DNA of 26,623 bases from a virus. Of the stretch, positions 14,306 to 23,900 are shown one piece after another. A model generated the notes under the pieces. It searched no databases. It saw nothing but the letters and a program-made list of their open reading frames with translations, and was not told where the DNA came from. The translations under genes and the position numbers were made by a program. Positions within the stretch are counted from its first letter, which is position 1, and each line of letters opens with the position of its first letter. The stretch is taken from the IMG/VR virus record IMGVR_UViG_3300017958_000052; one strand, 5' to 3'.

Positions 14306-17300
14306 ATGAGAGAACACAAAAAAATATCAGCTAGTGTTGTCGATCAACTTCCGTTTTATTTGAAATCGGACGAAGATTATCAACAATTTGTTCATTTTAT
14401 CGAACTTTACTATAAATGGTTAGAAAGTGACAGAAATCCTGCCGCAATTGGAAATCAAATAGAAAATTTTAGTGATTTGGATGAAACTTTAGATATTTTT
14501 GTTGATGAATATCAGAATGTTCTTGCAAAGGATTTTCCACAGTTTTCTCGAATCAAAGATAGGGAAGAACTAACGACTGATTTACGAGCGGCCTTGAATT
14601 TTTCTGGGGATTCGGATTCTAAGTTAGAGTATATAGAGTATGATAATTATTTGTCTGGTGGTGTAAATTCGGTCTTTCCATTGTCATATTATAGTCCCGT
14701 ATATTACGAAATTCGAGATTTTGATACGAGTGCGGTTGAAATAAAAGTTTATAGTGTCGATGCCAGTTCACAATCCGGCACTTCTGGATTAGCAGATTTG
14801 CTTGATGAATATACCTTTCCGACCGATTACACTTTATTGACTGAAGGTACAGATTATGTATTAGATGATAGCAATAAAGAAATAAAATTTGTAGACCCCA
14901 GTCCCGATGTTGACCCAGGCACCTTAAAACCATTGCCCGAACAAACAATTATCAAAATTGCCTATCATCTTCGCAAGAAATCTGGTGTCACTCAAGAATT
15001 TATAAACAAAAAATATAAAAAAACAAAATACTCAAACAAAAAGCTTTTTTTAAAATTGATGAAAGAATTTTATCAATCAAAAGGTTCTGAAAGTTCGTAT
15101 CAATTTTTGTTTAGATCTTTATTCAACGAAGATGTAGAATTTTATTATCCAAAAGACAATATTATGAAACCAAGCGACAATACTTGGGTCGAAGAGAGAA
15201 GTGTTCGTACTATACCTAGTAACAAAACTGTTAGTAATCCAGTTAGAATTGTGGGAAAGACTAGTGGTGCAAGTGCAACAGTTGAAAGATTTTTGGAATT
15301 TAGTATTTCAGATTCGCCAGTTAGGGAATATTTTGTTACTCACGTTTTTGGCACTTTTACATCAAGAGAAGAAATAGAAATACTCATGAGTAATGGTGTA
15401 ACAATTACAGAAACTTTGTATGATTGTATTGTTGGTTTTGATATTGATAATGGTGGTTCAAATTATCCAAACAATTTCTATTTAAATCAATATATTTCAG
15501 ACCCCGGCGATGGAGTTGGATTATCTGCGAAAATATCTAACACATCAAAAGGACCAGTCGAAGCTGTTGAAATTATTTCTGGTGGTAGTAACTATATCAC
15601 AGGAGAACAGGTTTCTATAGGTTCATATGGCTCTGGTTCTGCCGCATCTGCCTACATAAGTGCTGTTGAACCAAATGAATTTACAACAGAAACTGTTTCT
15701 TGGGTTCAAGACGAAGACAATCCATCTTTTTATTATAGTTTGTCTGATTATCCTAGTATTGATTATTCAGATTCGTATTCTAGGGATAGAAAAGTCACGA
15801 TTTCTAACACAGATCACAAATGGGATGACGTTTTAATATTTTTAGATTTTGAAAATGTACATGAAAATGGTAGTGGGTTTGTGGATTCGAAATTTGAACA
15901 AGAAAGCTTCAGATACGGCGTAAATTTAATTAATCCGGCTGGTGGACCAAAGTGGGGTTCTAAATCTGCAAAAGGAGAAAATGGATATATTCTTTTATCA
16001 GATTTGTATAAAGACCATTTGAAAGATTCTTTAGATAGTTTTAGTGTAGATTTTTGGATTTATCCAGATGATATCAACGGCACAGATACTGGTGGAACTC
16101 TTTTTGCACTTAACGATGTTGCATTTAATGCTAATAGTATTAGAATTATTGAAGAAGGTTCCGGCACAGCAAAAACAGGAAATCTTATTGTAGAGATTTC
16201 TGGCACAGAATACACGGCTCCGGTGCCAGTTGATTGGGAGGGACAGTGGAATCATATTTCATTATATGTAAGCGAAACAGAAATAAAATTGCATATAAAC
16301 GGTGAAAGAAAAATTCTTGCTGGTGGGTTTATCCAATCTGCACCAACCAGACAAACCGTTTTTAATACATGGAATAGATTTTCGCACAATTCTAGTGGAA
16401 CTTATCCAGCAAATGCGGGCGAAACAACGGCTTTTGTTTATAATTCCGCTAATGATACAATTGTTTGTACAGCAAACACAAGCACATATGTTGGTTTTTA
16501 TTCATTAGAATCTGAAAAGTTTTCTGAATACGATTTTTCTGCTACAATTTCTTCAACCTCTACGGACGATGATACTATTGGTTTAGTTATTGCGTTTGTA
16601 ATTGATGATGATGGTAAAGAACATACATTATCTCTACTAAGAGCTCAAGGTGGTATGTTGAATACGGGGGGATATCAAGTTGTCTATAACTATTTGCAGG
16701 CGGATCAAGTGGTGGTGTTTAATGGTAATTCTCTTGCGCCCGCGCAGTCTGGAGGTTGGGCAGGACTTTATAGTAGACTAAGAGCAATAAGAAATGGAGA
16801 CACATTTACTACCTCGGTTTCTCAATTTACAACTTCAGTAGAAACTGATAATAGTAACATAGATGTAAATACTGAATTTACATTCAGTCTTTCGGAATTG
16901 GTTGATGATGGTTATTCTTGGGCCAGTTTGTTTAGTGGTTCATCACAATGGGGATACGCATGTCATAGTCAAGATGCATCCACTTGGTCAAATATTTTGT
17001 TTAATGGATTGAATGGCGAAGATGCATATACTGCAATGTTTGAATCTCTCGACTCTTATCTAGTTACCCTTGGTAGTTCTTTAAGTCCGTCTGGTTCTTA
17101 TTACGATTATAATTTAGGCCACTATAGTTCTTTTAGAGTAACTTCTGATGAAAGATATACAGAATATACTTCTTCTGGCACTACATATATTAAATCTTGG
17201 GAATTAGATCCAATTCAAAACTTTTATAGTGCATATCATATTACAAAAGAAACTAATCGGCCAGCTCAGTATTATTTTGACGTAGTTAATGACAGATTAG

Positions 17301-19213
17301 TAATATTTAAGTTAACATCAGAACCTGATGTAAACAATTGGACAGACAACAGTAGTTTTGCATCAACAATTTCAAGTCAGATCGCGCAGTATGGATTGGC
17401 AGCCGAACCATTTATTGTACCTGATAATTGGACTGTAAAAATGGATTTTATCAATCATCCACATGGGCCAATAGTAAGGATTGATGTCTATAGTGGTGGT
17501 GATGGTTATGAAAAATTTCCATTTGCATCGATATCAAATTCTACATCTGGATACAATTCTATTGGAACGAACGCAATACTTCAACCCAAAGGTAGTAATA
17601 TTGGTTCTATATCAGAAATTAAAATTGCAAATTCTCCAGATTCTGCTTCTGATGGTTTTGGGGTTGGATATACCGTTGCGCCCACTATAGATTTATCAAC
17701 CTTGGGCGACGGTAACGCGCAAATTACTCCAATTTTGGGACCTTTGCTAAAAAGAGATGGATTCTTTTTTAACGACAAAGGATTTTTGTCTGACGAAAAC
17801 AGAATTCAAGATGGTTACTTGTGGCAGGATTATTCTTATGTATTGAGAACTTCCAGAAATATCGATCAGTGGCGTTATATCGTAAAGAAATTGTTGCACC
17901 CATCAGGGTTAATGATGTTTGGTGAGGTGAATCTTATATCAAACCCCGAACCTAAAAAGCTACAAAGTCTGTATTTGCAGTTTTTGTTTGAAATTGTAAA
18001 AAATGCAGACGTTAGTGTTAAAAACATGGATGGTTTGGGTAGATGGACAGGCTCAGACTCGACGCCTATTAATGTTAATGATCTTCTTTCTCATGGATAT
18101 ACCTTTGTATACGATAATTATCAAACAGGGGGCCCAATGTCTGGTGTAGGTGACGACACGCCTGTGGGACAAACAGTTGATACTGGAGATGGTAGATATA
18201 AACTTTTAGATGTTAATAGAGATCCAATTCCAACAGCATCAAATTGGAGTGAAATAAAATATGTCCTTGTAAATGTAAGAGATGAAAATGGACTTGACTT
18301 GACTAAATTTTATACAGAAAATACTGTACAGAGAAACTTCACAATTTATGATATAGATATTACAGATGAAACAACTAGACCATTTGCAAAATTCAAAGTG
18401 ATTGACACCACACATTACGAAAATGATTTATATGTAGAATTTGAAGTTACACATTTAACAAGTTTTGGTGTATGTTCTCTGAGTGCGACCCCTGGCGATA
18501 AAGTCGAATTTAGATGGGACAAGGTTTTTAGGGGAAATGTTGAAAGAGTCAATAGATATTGGGTTGGTGCGATTAGAGATGGTGCGGATCCAAGAGATGA
18601 AAAATTCGTAATTATGATAGATTCTATTGGTGAAGAAGTTCCATCATTGAGTAATCAGTATAGAAGTTTGGATAGAATTAAATTCAGATTTGACAGAGAA
18701 ATTCCTTTCGAAAAATTAGTCAGATATAGATTTAGTAGTGAAGATGAGGCAGAATTACACCCACAAAAGAAAACTCTTGCTGGTATTGTGAGAGTTCAAC
18801 AAAACCCAAATGGTGAAGAAGAATATGGTTATGTAACATCTAGAAATCCATATTCAAGTCTAGAGTCGCACGAATTCTATGAAATGATTTGGGGCCAGAT
18901 TGTAGATTCATACGATCGTGGTCAAAATATAAACTTAGATTCTGAGATTAATGTTTATCCAAAAATTATGCGAGTAACTACACCAAAAGACCCTAACAAT
19001 AGATTAAATAGTGGTATGAATTATAATTCTGTGGAGAGAATGAAATTCAATCAAACTCCACAGAGCATCGATAATGAGTTGTATTTAGAAACAATCGAAA
19101 ATATTGAAAATAAATCAAACATTAAAACCAACATAGCTCACGAATCTATTACAACGGCATATTCCAGTGCTCCTACTACTTGGAATGAGTTAAATTCTCT
19201 TGAACAAATTTAG
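14306..19213 (+). CDS. 7: Baseplate wedge initiator gp7-like protein, 1635 aa, with inserted beta-sandwich domains
   Basis: F.HFIELYYKWLE, KEFYQSKGSESSYQFLFRSLFNEDVEFYYP, GFLSDENRIQDGYLWQDYSYV, W...VKKLLHPSGLMMFGEV. Located between gp6 and gp8. Confidence 0.88.
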   Translation: MREHKKISASVVDQLPFYLKSDEDYQQFVHFIELYYKWLESDRNPAAIGNQIENFSDLDETLDIFVDEYQNVLAKDFPQFSRIKDREELTTDLRAALNFSGDSDSKLEYIEYDNYLSGGVNSVFPLSYYSPVYYEIRDFDTSAVEIKVYSVDASSQSGTSGLADLLDEYTFPTDYTLLTEGTDYVLDDSNKEIKFVDPSPDVDPGTLKPLPEQTIIKIAYHLRKKSGVTQEFINKKYKKTKYSNKKLFLKLMKEFYQSKGSESSYQFLFRSLFNEDVEFYYPKDNIMKPSDNTWVEERSVRTIPSNKTVSNPVRIVGKTSGASATVERFLEFSISDSPVREYFVTHVFGTFTSREEIEILMSNGVTITETLYDCIVGFDIDNGGSNYPNNFYLNQYISDPGDGVGLSAKISNTSKGPVEAVEIISGGSNYITGEQVSIGSYGSGSAASAYISAVEPNEFTTETVSWVQDEDNPSFYYSLSDYPSIDYSDSYSRDRKVTISNTDHKWDDVLIFLDFENVHENGSGFVDSKFEQESFRYGVNLINPAGGPKWGSKSAKGENGYILLSDLYKDHLKDSLDSFSVDFWIYPDDINGTDTGGTLFALNDVAFNANSIRIIEEGSGTAKTGNLIVEISGTEYTAPVPVDWEGQWNHISLYVSETEIKLHINGERKILAGGFIQSAPTRQTVFNTWNRFSHNSSGTYPANAGETTAFVYNSANDTIVCTANTSTYVGFYSLESEKFSEYDFSATISSTSTDDDTIGLVIAFVIDDDGKEHTLSLLRAQGGMLNTGGYQVVYNYLQADQVVVFNGNSLAPAQSGGWAGLYSRLRAIRNGDTFTTSVSQFTTSVETDNSNIDVNTEFTFSLSELVDDGYSWASLFSGSSQWGYACHSQDASTWSNILFNGLNGEDAYTAMFESLDSYLVTLGSSLSPSGSYYDYNLGHYSSFRVTSDERYTEYTSSGTTYIKSWELDPIQNFYSAYHITKETNRPAQYYFDVVNDRLVIFKLTSEPDVNNWTDNSSFASTISSQIAQYGLAAEPFIVPDNWTVKMDFINHPHGPIVRIDVYSGGDGYEKFPFASISNSTSGYNSIGTNAILQPKGSNIGSISEIKIANSPDSASDGFGVGYTVAPTIDLSTLGDGNAQITPILGPLLKRDGFFFNDKGFLSDENRIQDGYLWQDYSYVLRTSRNIDQWRYIVKKLLHPSGLMMFGEVNLISNPEPKKLQSLYLQFLFEIVKNADVSVKNMDGLGRWTGSDSTPINVNDLLSHGYTFVYDNYQTGGPMSGVGDDTPVGQTVDTGDGRYKLLDVNRDPIPTASNWSEIKYVLVNVRDENGLDLTKFYTENTVQRNFTIYDIDITDETTRPFAKFKVIDTTHYENDLYVEFEVTHLTSFGVCSLSATPGDKVEFRWDKVFRGNVERVNRYWVGAIRDGADPRDEKFVIMIDSIGEEVPSLSNQYRSLDRIKFRFDREIPFEKLVRYRFSSEDEAELHPQKKTLAGIVRVQQNPNGEEEYGYVTSRNPYSSLESHEFYEMIWGQIVDSYDRGQNINLDSEINVYPKIMRVTTPKDPNNRLNSGMNYNSVERMKFNQTPQSIDNELYLETIENIENKSNIKTNIAHESITTAYSSAPTTWNELNSLEQI

Positions 19214-19227
19214 GCGATAAAAAATAT

Positions 19228-19235
19228 TATAAATA
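19228..19235 (+). promoter_or_regulatory. T4-type late promoter TATAAATA upstream of gene 8
   Basis: Exact consensus in the gp7-gp8 intergenic gap. Confidence 0.78.
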
Positions 19236-19275
19236 AAAGAAACAAATTAATACACAACCGACAAAGGGTAACGTC

Positions 19276-20949
19276 ATGTCAGCAATAATTACCAATAAAC
19301 TTAGAATTTTTAATGCTCAACAGTTTATTGAGGCCGTAAATGAACAAACTGCATTATGGTCAACTGGAGAAGCATATACTGAAGGACAAGTAGTTCTTAA
19401 TGCATCAAATTTATATGTTGCAGTATCGGATGGTACAGCAGGACCAAATGCACCAACTCACGTAACTGGTGTTGTCAGTGATGGTGGTGTTAACTGGGCA
19501 TTTTACAACAAATCTATTTTTAATAATTTGTTCTTGGGAATTGGTAAACACACATCTTGGGAGGATGATAATTTGCCGCCAACTCCAGAAGATTCTATCT
19601 CTGGAAGAAATTCCGCAAAGAACGCACTTACAGCTGTGAAAAAAGTTAATGCTGACACAATTACCCTAGCAGTTCCAAGAATCAATTGGACTACTAATAC
19701 ACAATATACAATGTATAATTATAAAAGTAGTGAAGAAGTGATACCAAATTCATATGTTTTGACGGAAGCAAACAATCAGTATAATGTCTATAAAGTTATT
19801 AATAACAAAAGATATCTTAATTCGTCACAAGGTGTGCAACCAACTGCATCTACGGTCAAACCTACAGGCACAAGCAACGCATTAATTCACACAACCGATG
19901 GATATGTTTGGAAATATATGTATTCAATTAAATTAGATCAAGCATTAAAATTTCTAACGAAAGATTATTTTCCAGTAAAATATATCACTTCAATTCCATC
20001 CGATACTTCTTCTGCCGACTATGTACAGTGGCAAGTCCAACAAAACGCAGCTGCATCTCCAGGCGCAATTGAGTGGATTGATATTGTCGACGACAACGAT
20101 AATAGCGGCCATGCCGGTGGTAGTGGTTACAATGCAATGATTGTAGAATCTTCTACTACTCCAGGCGAAGGCACAACTACAATATCATTGGGAATAACTG
20201 GTGGTGCAAATATCGCAGCTGCAGCTAGTGATTACACAGATTATGCATTAGTTTATCTGAAAGATGGTGCTGCTACTGCAAATCAAAGAAAAATTACAGG
20301 TTGGTCTTTTGATTCAAACACAAACACAGCTACCGTAACTATCGAAAGTGCCTTTGCAGCTGGAGAGGGCGATGGCACTGGCGTAGTAAGTATAGCGCCA
20401 AATGTCGTTCTTACAACCGGCGATGGAACAGGATTTTCTGCTTATGCACATTTGACCGGAGATCAAGTTTCTGAAATTATTATTACTAATATTGGTAGTG
20501 GATATACATACGCTACTGCCGAAGTTCGTGGTACAGTCGACCCAACTAGTGTATCTTCTGCGAAAGTTGAACCACAAATTTCACCAGAAGTTGGTCATGG
20601 TCATAATCCAGTAGAAGAATTGAATGGTTACTATGCAATGGTCGCAGTCAAACTGGAATATGATGAACCAGACACAAGAAATTCGGTAACAAAATCAGTT
20701 TTCCCTGTAACTGGTTCTACTTCCGCATTTAGACAGGTAAGTATTATTGCTGATCCAGTGGATGTTTATACAAACAAACTTGCATCCCAAACTACATACA
20801 GAGGTCCTGCCAATAGTGAATATAACGATGGTGATACTCAATTTAATATTGTAGGTGGTTCTGGAAAAGTTTTATATGTAGAAAATAGACATCCAATCAC
20901 ACGGGCAGTAGATCAAATCGAAGATATTAAAGTTGTATTTGAATTCTAA
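19276..20949 (+). CDS. 8: Baseplate wedge subunit gp8
   Basis: MSAIITNKLRIFNAQQF, VPRINWT, QYNVYKVINN, DGYVWKYMY, GHGHNPVEEL, FRQVSIIADP, SGKVLYVENR.PITRA.DQIEDIKVVFEF. Confidence 0.93.
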   Translation: MSAIITNKLRIFNAQQFIEAVNEQTALWSTGEAYTEGQVVLNASNLYVAVSDGTAGPNAPTHVTGVVSDGGVNWAFYNKSIFNNLFLGIGKHTSWEDDNLPPTPEDSISGRNSAKNALTAVKKVNADTITLAVPRINWTTNTQYTMYNYKSSEEVIPNSYVLTEANNQYNVYKVINNKRYLNSSQGVQPTASTVKPTGTSNALIHTTDGYVWKYMYSIKLDQALKFLTKDYFPVKYITSIPSDTSSADYVQWQVQQNAAASPGAIEWIDIVDDNDNSGHAGGSGYNAMIVESSTTPGEGTTTISLGITGGANIAAAASDYTDYALVYLKDGAATANQRKITGWSFDSNTNTATVTIESAFAAGEGDGTGVVSIAPNVVLTTGDGTGFSAYAHLTGDQVSEIIITNIGSGYTYATAEVRGTVDPTSVSSAKVEPQISPEVGHGHNPVEELNGYYAMVAVKLEYDEPDTRNSVTKSVFPVTGSTSAFRQVSIIADPVDVYTNKLASQTTYRGPANSEYNDGDTQFNIVGGSGKVLYVENRHPITRAVDQIEDIKVVFEF

Positions 20950-20985
20950 TTTGAATAAAAAAAATATTAAAAGAGAAGAAATAAC

Positions 20986-23900
20986 ATGGCAACCAATTTC
21001 AACATAACTCCATATTATGACGATTACGATATAGAAAAAAGTTATTTAAGAATTCTGTTTAGGCCTGGACATTCTGTGCAAGCAAGAGAATTGACTCAGA
21101 CACAGACCATTTTGCAGAATCAAGTCAGTAAAATGGCAAATCATTTTTTCAAGGAAGGTGCGATGGTTGTCCCTGGCGCACCATCAGTGGACTTGGCAGC
21201 AGATTTTATTAAAATAGATTTTAATAGTGCAAACAGTTACAACACCCCACAGGACTTTGTGGGCAGAACTGTTGTTGGTGGAACAACAGGAATTCGCGCA
21301 TTAGTTGTTCATGCCGAAAGTAAAACAGGCACCACATCAAGTGATGATCCTGATACGCTTTATTTGAAATATCAATCTGGAGTTAGTGATGTATCATCAA
21401 CAAATTTTACTGCAATTTCAGATGGCGGAACCACATACACAACTCAAGCAGAAGCACTCGCAGCATTTAATTTAGAGATTGGTTCCAATAGTAAATTTTT
21501 GCCTGGTGAGGTTATCAAAACAGTAATTGAACCAAATAAGAGTACCTATGAATGTCAAGTAAGGCCACTTTCAGAAAGACCTACTGGTCTTGGTTGTTTG
21601 GCACTAATCGAAGATGGTATATATTATGTTCAAGGATTTATGACTATAGTTGCTGCACAAACAATTGCACTTGATAAATACACTAATTTGTCAACATATA
21701 AAGTAGGTTTGGAAGTTATCGAAGATATTGTTACTTCGAGTACAGACAATTCTTTACTTGATAATGCACAAGGTACTACAAACTTTCAGGCGCCCGGCGC
21801 AGATAGATATCGTATGCGTTTGAATTTGGTAAAAAGAGCTATCGATTCAAAAGATACTTCTAATTTTGTTTTGTTAATTGAATTGAAAAATGGGGTTTTA
21901 AAAAGTTTTACAAACTCTACTGAATATTCTGTAATAGAAGATACTTTGGCAAGAAGAACTTTTGAGGAATCTGGAAATTATACTGTAAAACCGTTTCAAT
22001 TAGAAGTTAAAAATCTTTTTAATGAAAATGGCAATCGTGGCGTCAAAACTATGGCATCATATGAATTTGCGACTGAACTTGACGCCAAAGAATATGCAAG
22101 AAATAATTTTGCCGATTACACTGGAATGGTTAATTCAGTCACAAAAGAAGGTTACGCACATGTAATCACAAATACAGATTTAACTGCATATCCAGATCAA
22201 GGATTAGATACAACTGGAACTAAATATTATCCTGGCAGAACACATCAAAACCTTTTGGACGCGCTTAGGGCAAATATGGATTTAGGTATTGACAGTGGTA
22301 AAGCTTATGTGCAAGGATATAGAATTAACACAATTGGCAAAACTCATATTAATTATAAAAGAGCACTTGATGAAAAACAAGAAAATAATGTGAGACTGCC
22401 TGTAAATTTAGGCAATTACATTTATGTTAGTGATTTGATGTCTTTGCCAAAAATAAATGATAGAGCAATTCTTGTAAACACCACTTGGTATCAAGGCAAT
22501 ACTTACTACTATAATACTACAACTAACGGATTTGTAACAACCTCAGATACAACATCAGAACTATGGCCAGATACTAATGCAATTACAACTGCGAATATAC
22601 ATCAAATTGATGTTGTAGGGACCGCAAAAATAAAATCTATTGAATATTATGCAGGCGATTTTGAAAATGATTATGAAAAATCTTTGTTTGCTACATCAGG
22701 TACGATCACATCGCCCGGTTCACTTCCTCAGGGAACAAATTTAATTTACAAAGTTTATTTGTATGATGTAGAATTCAGAACTCCAGAATATGTAGATGCA
22801 TACACTGGACTTAAAAAGGACAGATATTCTTGGGAAGATGTTCGTGGTATCGCGGGCACAGAGTATATTTCACAATCGTCAGGCAATACTTCTAACTTAA
22901 AACCTAATTTCACTGGGTCAGTTCTAAGTCAATATAAATTATATAATGCAAGTGCAGTCGTTAGTGGCATTGATAAAAAAATTATAAAGAGCAAAGATCG
23001 TCCACCAAGTTCGTCATTACCAGCTTCTTTGGGTATTGTATATCATACATCTGAAGACAACAATATTCTGGTAAAGACTCTAGGATATGGTAATACAGTC
23101 GGAACAAATGCTGGTTTTAATAGCATTCTGACATCGAATGAAAGAATTGCGTTTGAGGATGAAGTAAGATCAGAATTATCACTTACCGCTCAAATTTATA
23201 GTCACCAAAATGTATTTGAAACTGGTGGTTCTAACATAGTAAAAACTGGAAGTAAATTTGTGAGTTCTTTGAGAAATGTTGATGAACAGACTGGTTCAAT
23301 TACAAATGACACAACATATACGTTATTGAAAGAATACACAGCTTCAGTTACTAATCAGGCGGCAACTATTGTAACTTCAAATTTGAATGAATCTTTTTAC
23401 CCAATTTGGAGTGATTCTAATGATGGATACCAAATTTACACAAAAACCAGTGGTGGTGCAACTCCCACATATGGTGAAATTATAGACAACCAACCCAAAT
23501 TAAGTGATACTGAGTTTGCTGGAAATATTGAGGTTAGTTTTAATAGTGCTGTAGGAAATAGAGAGATAACTATAGAGCAAATCCCGCTCGGCATTTCGCA
23601 AATTGTTCTCCTAGCACCAACAGTGATTAGTGTCCCACAAGAAAAAACTAAAACTTTGGTGTTGGGACAAGTTGACTTACCGTATAGTTTGTTAGATTCT
23701 TCTTCGGGCGCAGATTTAACTAAACCGACAAATCCAGAGACAATAACACCCACCATTATGGAAACTGATGATAAGTTTGGGGCGGAAGGTGACGCCATAG
23801 GAACCTTGGGTAATTCTTTTAACGGCACGTTTAGTGATGCCAATTCAGTTTCTTATAGTTTAGATTATCTACAACTAAAAAATTCAGATATTTCTAAATT

